Assembly (NCBI GenBank): GCA_963977445.1
Contig: CAXBPH010000116.1
Location: 1 to 20,262 of the forward strand
Reading direction: 5' to 3'
Length of the DNA: 20,262 nt
From: an uncultured bacterium
GTDB taxonomy: Bacteria > Hydrogenedentota > Hydrogenedentia > Hydrogenedentales > JAEUWI01
Position numbers and translations under genes: made by a program
Part shown: positions 8,787-17,461 of the stretch, one piece after another
Position numbering within the stretch: the first letter of the stretch is position 1
Layout of the letters: the number at the start of each line of letters is the position of its first letter
The notes under the pieces: model-generated
The model's input: only the letters and a program-made list of their open reading frames with translations
Database searches by the model: none
What the model was told of the DNA's origin: nothing

Positions 8787-8810
8787 GCCCGATACGCGTC
8801 GGGTTTGGTT
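8787..8810 (+). terminator. Possible weak intrinsic terminator after the coiled-coil gene
   Basis: GCCCGAT-acgc-GTCGGGT stem-loop (two G-U pairs) followed by TTGGTT, an interrupted U-tract. Confidence 0.35.
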
Positions 8811-8850
8811 GGGGTAATAACGAAATGAAACACGGAAGTGCTAAGACACT

Positions 8851-9561
8851 ATGCGAAAGCTATTTATTACCTGTAGTTGCGGCCAACAAATGCAAGTACC
8901 CCGATCCGCCATTGGGAAAATGGGGCAGTGCCCTTCCTGTGGAGAGCGGATTCCTATAACCCGGGATACCACCTCCCGATCCCGGCCTGCAGCTATGGCC
9001 AAGGGGAGTCCCACTCCGAATCGCTGGGGTAACCGTGGGGCCCCGTCGATTGAGGCGAAGCAGCGTTTCGGCCGGGCGGTGGATCTCTACTGTGCAGGCA
9101 ACTATGGAGAGGCTCTGGTAATCTTCAACGCCCTCCGAAAAGAGTTCCCCGATAGTTCCGAAATTGAGAAAGCGCGCCAGCAATGTCTGGAAGCCCGCAA
9201 TCGTGAACCCCTGAATTTACCGGGGCCCGCGTCGGGGCAGGTCATGGGCGACGATTTGGACGATGCTACATTTCGTGCCATGCGCCGAATTGTGATTGAA
9301 AAAATGTTGCACGGGTCCACCGATACGGTTCAGTTGCAGGCCGCCGAATTGGTCGCTCGTATGGGCGGCATGCTGGATGGCCATCAACCTTCCGAAAGCG
9401 ATCCCGCAGCGCCAACGGCTACCGAGACTAATACGACAGCTCCTGCCTATCGCCACGAAGCGGAGGAGGATCCGATCGAGTCTGCCCATGGAAACGGCCA
9501 CAGTTCCCCATCGCAAGACGAAGATTCGCTTGAAGTGGATACCGATGAGGTAGCCCGTTGA
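8851..9561 (+). CDS. Zinc-ribbon + TPR-like protein (236 aa), function unknown
   Basis: N-terminal CSC-x16-CPSC. The segment AKQRFGRAVDLYCAGNYGEALVIFNALRKEFPDSSEIEKARQQC looks like a TPR hairpin. Acidic disordered C-terminus. Its stop overlaps the next start (TTGA). Confidence 0.85.
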   Translation: MRKLFITCSCGQQMQVPRSAIGKMGQCPSCGERIPITRDTTSRSRPAAMAKGSPTPNRWGNRGAPSIEAKQRFGRAVDLYCAGNYGEALVIFNALRKEFPDSSEIEKARQQCLEARNREPLNLPGPASGQVMGDDLDDATFRAMRRIVIEKMLHGSTDTVQLQAAELVARMGGMLDGHQPSESDPAAPTATETNTTAPAYRHEAEEDPIESAHGNGHSSPSQDEDSLEVDTDEVAR

Positions 9562-12083
9562 AACCCGTTTGGATTCTCGTGGTTCTACTCGCGTTTTTTA
9601 CGGGGGCAGTGGCTCCGGTGGCCCGTGGGGATGGTTTCGACGTTGTTGAGCCTCGTTACGACGGCGTAGACCAATTGCTCTTGCTATCCGACCGTTGGGT
9701 CATTGTCGTCACGTCCAACATCGAGGCGGTGATGGCCGAGGTCGATCGATTATCCGATGGCAAATTCAAACGGTCTCTTGCCACCTGGGAACTTACAAGG
9801 ACAACCTTGTTGCCCGATTGGGGTTCGAGCAAGAATCTGAGAACGCTCCGGGAGACCTACATTGCGCAAGCCCGAGAGAACGTGGGGGATACCGCGTTGG
9901 GCCTCACTACCTCGTATTCCATAAGCAGCTCCGATGACGAGCGATACGCGAAAGGAAGCCCTCCGAAAGAGACCGTGCGCCTCCTGGTGGGTTTGGGGGG
10001 GCGGCGGGTGGCCGGCGGGCCCGATGTTGATTACGCCCATTACGCCTACCTTAAAATGCCAGAACCGCTCCGTAACGGAAAACAATATGAGATAAAGGTT
10101 CGCGGTGAGGCTTCCGTTAGCTTTCGCTATGACGAGAACCACCTGGTTTCCCGGGCCATCAAGGTCAATCAGGCCGGCTATCTGCCCAGCGCTTCCCACA
10201 AAATCGCGTACCTTGGTGCTCACTTGTACGATGCGGGGCCCATGGACTGCAGCATGTACCCCACGTTTGACGTGGTAGATGCTACTACCGGAACGGCGGC
10301 ATTTACGGGGCCCCTGGTGCTGCGGGACAAGAATTCCCGTGTTGCGGCGAAGAAAGATGACGCAACCAATGGCAAGACCCCGGCCTTGATTCATGGAGAG
10401 AATCTCTATGAATTGGACTTTTCGGCTCTTAAGGCCCAAGGGGAATTCTTTATCCGAATACCTGGGGTTGGTCGATCCTGGCCATTTCGGCATGCTGACG
10501 ACGCCTATGGGGAAGTGTTCTACACCGCAGCACGAGGGCTCTATCACCAGCGTTGTGGCATCGCCTACGAAACGCCCTATACGAACTGGAAACGACCGCT
10601 CTGCCATACGGACCCTATCTACGAGAGTGAACATATCTCGTTTCCCAAGGGGAAGAATGAACAGCCAGAAGGGTATGAACGTTTTGACGTTATCGCCGCG
10701 ACGTTGGACAAGAAACAGAAGACAGAAAACGTGCGGGGAGGTTGGCATGATGCGGCCGATTGGGATCGTGTTGATACCCACTATGCGCCCATATTCGACA
10801 TGTTGTACGCCTATGAAATGGCTCCTGAAAAGTTTACCGATAGCCAATTGAATATTCCCGAGTCGGGAAACGGCATTCCGGATATTCTGGACGAGGTAGC
10901 CTATGGTCTGGCGGTCTGGGAAAAGAGTATGAAGGCCAACGGGGGCGTTGCGGGGCACGTAGAGACCTGGACCCATCCGGAGATTGACAGTGAGGTTGAC
11001 TACGCCTTTTCACGACGGACCCGATGGGATTCTCTCCTGTTTGCGGCCGCTGCGGCGCAGTTATCCGAACAGTTGACGTCCCTTGCACCAACACGTAGCG
11101 AAGAATTGAAGGCCGAGGCCCTCAAGGCCTATTCCTTCGGCGCGAATCCCGCGAACAGCCTGGGCAAGGTAACTTTTCACGCCCGCCACGACCGGGGCAA
11201 AGGTGACCCCTATACCCTGGAGTGGGAAGAAAAAGATAGTTATATCGAAGCCTATCTCCTCCTTGCGAAGGTGCGTCTCTATCGCATTACACAAGACAAA
11301 CAGTATATCGAGGGCCTCGGCGGCCTTCTGGATACACCGCTGCGTCCCTATGCGTGGCCCTGTTCGATCACCGACTTCTCGCCCTGGTTCTTTTTTTCGC
11401 TGGTCCATGGTCCCGAAGCAATATTGCCCAAATTTCAGCGTCTAAAAATCATCAAGTCCTATTTTCTTGAGCCTGCCGACAAGTTATTGGGATATATAGA
11501 GACCATGCCCTACCGACACAGTTGGCCACGGGATCAGGACTATTGGCAAGGGTGGGGTGCGACGGTAATGACCAACCCGGGGCGCGCACTGCTAATCGCT
11601 TTCGCGCTCACTGGGGATGAAAAATACCGCGATGCGGCCTTACTCAATATGGATTTCATGTTTGGGGGCAATCCCATGGGCATGTCGTGGACCACAGGAA
11701 TCGGCTACGTTTATCCCACGGATATTCAGCATACCGTCAGTCGAGATGATGGCATTGCCGACCCAGTACCCGGAATTACGATTTACGGAATCACGGGGGG
11801 CGTGTATCCGGCGCTCCGGGAGCAGGTCTGGCAGTCTCCCGGGGGCTCCATGTCCAAGGAGCCCGTGGTATATCAGGACCCCAAGACGCCGGTGTGGCGC
11901 CGGTGGTCCTGTCATCCGTCATTAAACACGGCTCAATGTGAATTTACAATTCACGAAACGAATAGTTCTACTATTTTCTGCGCGGCCATGATGCTGTCTG
12001 AGGGCTGGAAGCCGAGCGAAGCCCTTAAGAAACGCCAGCCGACGGCACCGGCCCTGCTTCATGGTCGGTGGTATTTGCCCTGA
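9558..12083 (+). CDS. Secreted glycoside hydrolase family 9 protein (CelD_N-like Ig domain + GH9 catalytic domain)
   Basis: TTG start with GAGGT SD at 9547-9551 and a signal peptide (MKPVWILVVLLAFFTGAVAPVARG). Motifs VNQAGYLP, LYHQRCG, GGWHDAADWD, NIPESGNGIPDILDE, FMFGGNPMGMSWTTGIG and C-terminal CEFTI (candidate catalytic acid Glu). Confidence 0.92.
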   Translation: MKPVWILVVLLAFFTGAVAPVARGDGFDVVEPRYDGVDQLLLLSDRWVIVVTSNIEAVMAEVDRLSDGKFKRSLATWELTRTTLLPDWGSSKNLRTLRETYIAQARENVGDTALGLTTSYSISSSDDERYAKGSPPKETVRLLVGLGGRRVAGGPDVDYAHYAYLKMPEPLRNGKQYEIKVRGEASVSFRYDENHLVSRAIKVNQAGYLPSASHKIAYLGAHLYDAGPMDCSMYPTFDVVDATTGTAAFTGPLVLRDKNSRVAAKKDDATNGKTPALIHGENLYELDFSALKAQGEFFIRIPGVGRSWPFRHADDAYGEVFYTAARGLYHQRCGIAYETPYTNWKRPLCHTDPIYESEHISFPKGKNEQPEGYERFDVIAATLDKKQKTENVRGGWHDAADWDRVDTHYAPIFDMLYAYEMAPEKFTDSQLNIPESGNGIPDILDEVAYGLAVWEKSMKANGGVAGHVETWTHPEIDSEVDYAFSRRTRWDSLLFAAAAAQLSEQLTSLAPTRSEELKAEALKAYSFGANPANSLGKVTFHARHDRGKGDPYTLEWEEKDSYIEAYLLLAKVRLYRITQDKQYIEGLGGLLDTPLRPYAWPCSITDFSPWFFFSLVHGPEAILPKFQRLKIIKSYFLEPADKLLGYIETMPYRHSWPRDQDYWQGWGATVMTNPGRALLIAFALTGDEKYRDAALLNMDFMFGGNPMGMSWTTGIGYVYPTDIQHTVSRDDGIADPVPGITIYGITGGVYPALREQVWQSPGGSMSKEPVVYQDPKTPVWRRWSCHPSLNTAQCEFTIHETNSSTIFCAAMMLSEGWKPSEALKKRQPTAPALLHGRWYLP

Positions 12084-12090
12084 TCCCAGT

Positions 12091-12120
12091 TCGAAGCGCC
12101 CCAAGTCAACGCGCTATACT
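12091..12120 (+). promoter_or_regulatory. Candidate sigma70-type promoter for LOG / membrane methyltransferase genes
   Basis: -10 TATACT at 12115-12120 in the intergenic gap. The -35 is weak (TCGAAG, 18-nt spacer). Confidence 0.4.
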
Positions 12121-12210
12121 AAGGAACTTCGTCCCAGAGAGCGAATAACCCCACAAACTTTTGGTCCGTCTGCGCCCTATTGGGCGTGAATGTGGAGTCC
12201 TGGTGATAAC

Positions 12211-12807
12211 GTGATACGTAGCGTCTGTGTTTTTGCGGCATCCAGCGAAGGTGCCCGTCCCACCTATGGAGAAGTTGCCGCCCGTCTGGGTCGCCTTCTC
12301 GTTGAGCAGGGTATGACGTTGGTCTACGGTGCCGGCAAGGTAGGTCTCATGGGCGCAGTGGCCGAAGCGGTACGCGACGCCGGTGGTTCTATCGTGGGCG
12401 TCATTCCCGACCGGCTGAATATCCCCGCCCTCACCTTCTCCGACTGCGATGAACTTATCATTACGCGAACCATGTCAGAGCGCAAGGCCGTCATGACGGA
12501 GCGGTCCGATGGATTCGTGGTGTTGCCCGGTGGCTTTGGAACCCTCGAGGAATTCTTCGAAGTGCTGGTGTTGAAACAATTGGGATACCACAATAAGCCC
12601 ATCGTTTTTCTCAATTCCGAGGGGGCCTTTGACGGACTGATGGCGCATTTTGCGGAGCTGGTGGATTCCGATTTGGTGAGAGAAGACCAATGTGACTTGT
12701 TTTCCGTAGCCTCCACACCCGAAGCGGCGATGGCTGCGCTGACCGCCGACTCCGAGCGCGTGGTCGGGGATAAATGGGGCGTTGCTCCCAAAGCTGAGTG
12801 CCCGTGA
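12211..12807 (+). CDS. LOG family protein (TIGR00730-type nucleotide phosphoribohydrolase, Rossmann fold)
   Basis: SVCVFAASS, LVYGAGKVGLMGAVA, GVIP, MSERKAVM, signature PGGFGTLEE, HNKPIVFLN. Start is GTG 12211 (GGTG 5 nt upstream) or ATG 12190. Confidence 0.93.
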   Translation: MIRSVCVFAASSEGARPTYGEVAARLGRLLVEQGMTLVYGAGKVGLMGAVAEAVRDAGGSIVGVIPDRLNIPALTFSDCDELIITRTMSERKAVMTERSDGFVVLPGGFGTLEEFFEVLVLKQLGYHNKPIVFLNSEGAFDGLMAHFAELVDSDLVREDQCDLFSVASTPEAAMAALTADSERVVGDKWGVAPKAECP

Positions 12808-12858
12808 CGCGTTGTTCGTCCGAGTGGAATACGTTTTAAAGACCCAGGAGTTTGGTTT

Positions 12859-15585
12859 GTGACCCAGAAAGATACGCTGCGCACGTCACGTGCACACCTC
12901 TTGCTTTTTTTGCTTGTCCTCCTGTTCTTTTTCATTTCAGGAGCTTGCGGGCTACTTTACCAGGTGGTGTGGACACGTAAACTGGTACTCCTGTTTGGCA
13001 CCACGTCTCATGCCGTTTCTACGGTGTTATCTATATTTTTTCTCGGGCTGGGTGTGGGTAGCATTTGGGGTGGTCGCCTGGCGGATCGCACGACCAACAC
13101 GTTGCGCCTCTATGGCATCTTCGAGTGCATCATCGGGTTGTGGGCGGTGGCTTTTATTGTCGCCGTGACCTATGGCGAAGGTGTGGTCGTGGAACTGCTG
13201 AAGCAGTTTCACTTGTCTCGCGGTATGGGCACCCTGTTGCGCGGCCTGCTCGCCTTGTTGCTGCTCTTCGTGCCCGTATCTCTCATGGGCGCTACCTTGC
13301 CCCTTCTCGCCCGATTCGTTTCCCGTGAAGTCCGAGTTCGGGGCATGCGGATTGGTGCCCTCTATACCTTAAATACATTGGGTGCGGTGGTGGGTTGCTT
13401 TGTTGCCGGATTTCTACTTATACCCCGGTTGGGCTATGCAGAGTCCACGCTTCTGGGTGCCGGAGCCAATGTGCTGGTGGGTATTGCCGCCTGGATTATT
13501 TCACGGGGCACTGGTCATGCCGAGCGCATCGAAGAGACGCCCGAGGTGGCCGACGCCTCCGGAGATTCCAAGAGGACCTTTCTGGTCACCCTGGTTATTG
13601 CCGCCTTCTTTCTTTCGGGTTTTTGCTCGCTCGGTCTGGAAGTGCTCTGGACCCGGTTGTTGTCCATAATTTTTCTTGGGACCACCTATGCCTATAGCAG
13701 CATGCTCACCACGTTGCTCCTCGGCATCGCCCTCGGCAGCGCGGTGGCCTCCCTGCTGGTCGACCGTATGCGCCGTCCTGCCTGGTGGTTGGGTGTGGTG
13801 CTCGCCTTTACGGGCGTCGGCTGCATCCATATGTTGGCGACTCTCGCGGCCATGCCCGGCAAGATAACCGAATTGCCCGGGGAAAATGGCGCAAATTGGG
13901 GCCTGGTAACGCAGGCCAAATTCTGGCTGTCCTTTCGGGCGCTATTTGTCCCCACCTTCCTGTTGGGTATGACGTTTCCGCTGGTGGTGAAGGCGGTCAG
14001 CACGACACGGAGCACCCTGGGGCGGGACGTGGGTCGTTTGTACTGTGCGAACACCGTGGGTGGCGTGCTTGGTTCCCTGGCGGCGGGATTTCTTTTTATT
14101 CCCCTGCTGGGCACCCACTGGGGCATTGTGACGTTTGCCCTCCTGCTTACGTTTTCCGGCGTTGCATTGATTCTGGTGGCCGCAGAGCGGGGTGTGGCGC
14201 GTAGGGTGATTCCCATCGTCGCCGTAGGGCTCGGGCTTGCATGGAGTTTTGCGCACGCACCGGCAGACATAAATCAGTCGCTCAATGCCGGGTATATCCC
14301 CGAAAACCACCGGGTGCTTTACTATAGCGAAGGAGTAGAAGGCACCGTGGCCGTTTCGGAGCCGACCGATGAGGAGGCGGGCACCAATCGGGTGCTCTGG
14401 ATCAACCGGGTACAGGCCACAACGTCGATTGAAAAGGGCGTGAAGATGAATCGTCTTCAAGGCGTGCTGCCCCTGCTTTTCGACCGGAAGCCGACCGATG
14501 TCCTGTTCATGTGTTTTGGTTCAGGGATTACCTGCGGCACCCTGGCTCTTTCGGATTTTGAGCGCATTGATGCGGTGGATATTAATCCCGAAGTGTTGAA
14601 GGCGGCCCCGTATTTCGAAAGAGACAACCTGGGCGTGATAGACCGTCCGGAAGTTTCATTTCACGTGGATGATGGCCGAAATTTCATGCTGACGACGGAC
14701 CATCTATACGACGTGATCACCTTCGAGCCCATGCCCCTGGCCATGGCCGGCGTATCGACCTTTTACACGCAGGAATACTATGAACTGTGCCTCGATCACC
14801 TGAAGCCCGGCGGGATGGTCTCCCAGTGGATACCCCTGCACAGCCTTACCCCGGAAATCGTACAATCCCTCACCTACACCTTCACAACGGTTTTTCCCCA
14901 TTATACGGCCTGGTTCATCAATGCCGATCTTTTCCTCATCGGCTCCAACGAGCCCTTGCGCCTCGATGCCGCCGCTATCCAGTCCCGCTTACAGATGCCC
15001 GCTCTGGCCGATGCCCTCGCCGACGTGGGCTTTGTCGACATTCCTTCCATTTTGGGATGCTACCTGATGGATGAAAAGGGCTTGGATGCCTACGCCGCAG
15101 GCGGCACGGTCATGCGCGACGATTTGCCCTGGGCCGAGTTTGAAGCGCCGAAACTGGTTTACGCCCGGACGCAGCACAAATCGATGGAGGCATTGGAGGA
15201 GCATATCAGCAGTCCCCTGCCTCTGTTCTTACCGGGTGCCGATCCCGACTTCATGGCTGCCGTGGATCTCCGACACCGGGCGCGGACCAATGACATGAAA
15301 GCGGTCCAGCTATTCTACAGTGGTCTTTCCATTGGCGACAGCGCCCGCAAACGCTTTGTCGAGTCCCTGGAAATCGACCCGCAGGATTACAACGCCCAAT
15401 ACTATTTGCGTGAAATTGTGCGGATGCAGGGCGAGGCCTTCCTGAGATGGGAAGAGTATGACAAGGTTCAGGATTTGCTGGATGCGGTACAGCCCTATAT
15501 GGCCGACGCGCCTGAAGTGCGGGCACTGGCGGCAGGCTTGGCGGCCGCCCAGGCTGCCGCAACGCAGGAAGACAGCACCCGATAG
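12859..15585 (+). CDS. Fused MFS-like membrane domain / spermidine-synthase-like SAM-dependent transferase with C-terminal TPR-like helices
   Basis: AGGAG SD before the GTG start. Two internally repeated multi-TM blocks (FFxSGxxxLxxxVxWTR...MGxTxPL...GxLYxxNTxGxxxG...GFxxIPxLG), then a class-I MTase fold (VLFMCFGSGIT, VDINPEV, DDGRNFM, YDVITFEP, FYTQEYY...LKPGG...QW). Confidence 0.9.
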   Translation: MTQKDTLRTSRAHLLLFLLVLLFFFISGACGLLYQVVWTRKLVLLFGTTSHAVSTVLSIFFLGLGVGSIWGGRLADRTTNTLRLYGIFECIIGLWAVAFIVAVTYGEGVVVELLKQFHLSRGMGTLLRGLLALLLLFVPVSLMGATLPLLARFVSREVRVRGMRIGALYTLNTLGAVVGCFVAGFLLIPRLGYAESTLLGAGANVLVGIAAWIISRGTGHAERIEETPEVADASGDSKRTFLVTLVIAAFFLSGFCSLGLEVLWTRLLSIIFLGTTYAYSSMLTTLLLGIALGSAVASLLVDRMRRPAWWLGVVLAFTGVGCIHMLATLAAMPGKITELPGENGANWGLVTQAKFWLSFRALFVPTFLLGMTFPLVVKAVSTTRSTLGRDVGRLYCANTVGGVLGSLAAGFLFIPLLGTHWGIVTFALLLTFSGVALILVAAERGVARRVIPIVAVGLGLAWSFAHAPADINQSLNAGYIPENHRVLYYSEGVEGTVAVSEPTDEEAGTNRVLWINRVQATTSIEKGVKMNRLQGVLPLLFDRKPTDVLFMCFGSGITCGTLALSDFERIDAVDINPEVLKAAPYFERDNLGVIDRPEVSFHVDDGRNFMLTTDHLYDVITFEPMPLAMAGVSTFYTQEYYELCLDHLKPGGMVSQWIPLHSLTPEIVQSLTYTFTTVFPHYTAWFINADLFLIGSNEPLRLDAAAIQSRLQMPALADALADVGFVDIPSILGCYLMDEKGLDAYAAGGTVMRDDLPWAEFEAPKLVYARTQHKSMEALEEHISSPLPLFLPGADPDFMAAVDLRHRARTNDMKAVQLFYSGLSIGDSARKRFVESLEIDPQDYNAQYYLREIVRMQGEAFLRWEEYDKVQDLLDAVQPYMADAPEVRALAAGLAAAQAAATQEDSTR

Positions 15586-15609
15586 GGACTCCGATATGCG
15601 GGTGTCCTA
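15583..15609. terminator. Imperfect hairpin spanning both stop codons at the convergence point
   Basis: TAGGGACTCCG-ATATG-CGGGTGTCCTA, with only 21 nt between the convergent stops and no U-tracts. Confidence 0.25.
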
Positions 15610-16098
15610 CTGTTCCTCGGCAAATTTTTCGTTGAGGCGCACTTCGACGGCCGGACTGACGAAGTGACTGAGGGTGCCGCCAAAGGCGGCGATTTCTTTT
15701 ACCAGTCGCGAACTCAAAAAGAGGTAGGGCTCGCTCGGCATAAGATTGACCGTGTCGATGTCCGGCGCAAGCTTGTGGTTGTTGATGGCCATGGTCAGTT
15801 CGAATTCGAAGTCAGAAACCACACGAAGGCCCCGTATGAGGGCCACGGCCCCTTTGTCCCGGGCGAAATGAACCGTCAGGCCCTTGAAGTGCTCGATGGA
15901 GACCCGTGGGACATGGGAGACCAGTTCCCGTAGCATGTCCATTCGCTCTTCCACCGTAAAGAGGCTGGTCTTATCGTTGTTTACGGCCACGGCGACGATG
16001 ACGTGGTCAAAAATATGAACCGCCCGTTCAATGAGGTCCAAGTGGCCTAGCGTTGGGGGGTCAAAACTTCCGGGGTAGATAGCGGAACGTTCACTCAT
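15607..16098 (-). CDS. coaD: Phosphopantetheine adenylyltransferase (163 aa)
   Basis: [54 protein letters not shown]. Start ATG 16098 lies 9 nt after GGAG and overlaps the larC stop (ATGAGTGA). Confidence 0.96.
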   Translation of the reverse strand: MSERSAIYPGSFDPPTLGHLDLIERAVHIFDHVIVAVAVNNDKTSLFTVEERMDMLRELVSHVPRVSIEHFKGLTVHFARDKGAVALIRGLRVVSDFEFELTMAINNHKLAPDIDTVNLMPSEPYLFLSSRLVKEIAAFGGTLSHFVSPAVEVRLNEKFAEEQ

Positions 16099-17461
16099 GG
16101 ACATATTCTCCGTGCACGGCGGCAGCGAGGGCAGCTTCATAGACCCGACGAACGGGTACGCCCGCCGCTTCGGCGACGTTGCGACAATCTTCATATTCCG
16201 GGGCCGTGGTCAGGATATTTTCCCCACGTTGGCCAATTTTAACACGTACGTCGCCCCAAGGCGTCGACACGGGCTTCCAGGTCCGTGCGAGCACGCTACG
16301 GCGCTCAGAACGCATTCTGATGCCGAGGGTTGTCGAATGGACAAAGAGTCGCTCACAGAGGGCCTGAGCGTGCTCCTCCCTTGCGAGAACGGTGACGACG
16401 TAGGCCGGTCGACCTTTTTTCCCGATTACGGGGCTAAGGAACGCATCGAGCGCGCCGCCCTCGTGAAGACTGGAAATGAGGGGGGCTATTAATTCGCCGG
16501 ACATGTCGTCGAGGTTGGCTTCCAATACCTGAATGGTTTCCTGGGCAAGGGCATCGCCTTCGCTTTCGCCAATCAGTATGCGGAGCACATTGGCCCGATC
16601 GGGAAGGTCTTTGGTACCACTGCCATAGCCGATGGCTTCCGTGCGCATCAGGGGGGCTGGGCCAAAGCGCGTCACCCGCTGATCAATCAGGGCGGCACCC
16701 GTCGGGGTTACCAACTCACCCTGTACGTCGCCACCATAGGTGGGTTTGCCCTGGAGTAACCGGGCCGTAGCTGGCGCGGGGACGGGCATGATGCCGTGGT
16801 CGCACTTTACCGTGCCGGCACCCACGTGGAGGGGCGAGGAAATGAATTGCTCTATGCCGAGAAGATGAAAGCCGAGTTGAGCGGCCACAATGTCCACGAT
16901 GGAATCTACGGCACCCACTTCATGGAAATGGACCTTGTCGATGGTGGTGCCATGGACGGAGGCTTCTGCGTGGCCCAGCGCATGAAAAGTAGCTACAGCG
17001 GCCTCTTTTACCGGGTCAGGCAGGCCACTGTCCTTGATAAGCTTTTCGATATGGGCCAGGTGGCGGTGGGGGTGGTGCCCATGGTCGTGCGTGTGCCCAT
17101 GGTCGTGCGTGTGCCCTTGGTCGTGTCCGTGCTCATGGTCGTGCGTGTGCCCATGCTCGTGGCTGTGTCCGTGGTCGTGCGTGTGCCCATGGTCGTGGCT
17201 GTGCCCATGGTCGTGCGTGTGCCCATGGTCGTGGCTGTGCTCATGACCGTGGGTAGGGGCGGCGAATTCATCGATAACGGTGAACTGGGTTGCGTGGATG
17301 CCCATTTTGAGCACCTTCTCGGCCTTTACGGAGAATCCTTCGAGATTCAGCGAGTTCAGGCCGTCGCGAATGGCATCAAAATCGGCACCGGCATCAATGA
17401 GGGCACCAACGGTCATGTCGCCACTGATGCCGCTATAACAATCGAAGTAACATGTTTTCAT
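16091..17461 (-). CDS. larC: Nickel-pincer nucleotide cofactor biosynthesis protein LarC (Ni insertase), single-ORF form
   Basis: [17 protein letters not shown], His-rich insert, AEASVHG...[55 protein letters not shown]. Confidence 0.95.
   Translation of the reverse strand: MKTCYFDCYSGISGDMTVGALIDAGADFDAIRDGLNSLNLEGFSVKAEKVLKMGIHATQFTVIDEFAAPTHGHEHSHDHGHTHDHGHSHDHGHTHDHGHSHEHGHTHDHEHGHDQGHTHDHGHTHDHGHHPHRHLAHIEKLIKDSGLPDPVKEAAVATFHALGHAEASVHGTTIDKVHFHEVGAVDSIVDIVAAQLGFHLLGIEQFISSPLHVGAGTVKCDHGIMPVPAPATARLLQGKPTYGGDVQGELVTPTGAALIDQRVTRFGPAPLMRTEAIGYGSGTKDLPDRANVLRILIGESEGDALAQETIQVLEANLDDMSGELIAPLISSLHEGGALDAFLSPVIGKKGRPAYVVTVLAREEHAQALCERLFVHSTTLGIRMRSERRSVLARTWKPVSTPWGDVRVKIGQRGENILTTAPEYEDCRNVAEAAGVPVRRVYEAALAAAVHGEYVHE
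17075..17251. repeat. 18-bp tandem repeat (~9.5 imperfect units) encoding ([12 protein letters not shown])n in LarC
   Basis: Units of GTGCCCATGGTCGTG(CGT/GCT) start at 17075, 17093, 17111 ... 17219, with a partial unit at 17237. Confidence 0.95.

Noticed and set aside
9750..10976. 408-aa antisense ORF and many other 60-270 aa overlapping ORFs
   Set aside because: Shadow ORFs opposite or within well-supported genes in GC-rich DNA, with no recognisable motifs.
12171..12188. Hairpin GCGCCC-TATT-GGGCGT in the LOG leader as a riboswitch or ncRNA
   Set aside because: A single short stem with no recognisable aptamer consensus.
17034..17246. Cys-rich (CPWSCV)n ORF resembling a metallothionein or RiPP precursor, plus the Thr/Met-rich ORF 17008-17271
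   Set aside because: These are alternative-frame readings of the LarC His-repeat DNA, entirely inside larC.
17075..17251. Possible CRISPR array
   Set aside because: Contiguous 18-bp units with no unique spacers, in frame within a CDS, and no cas genes.
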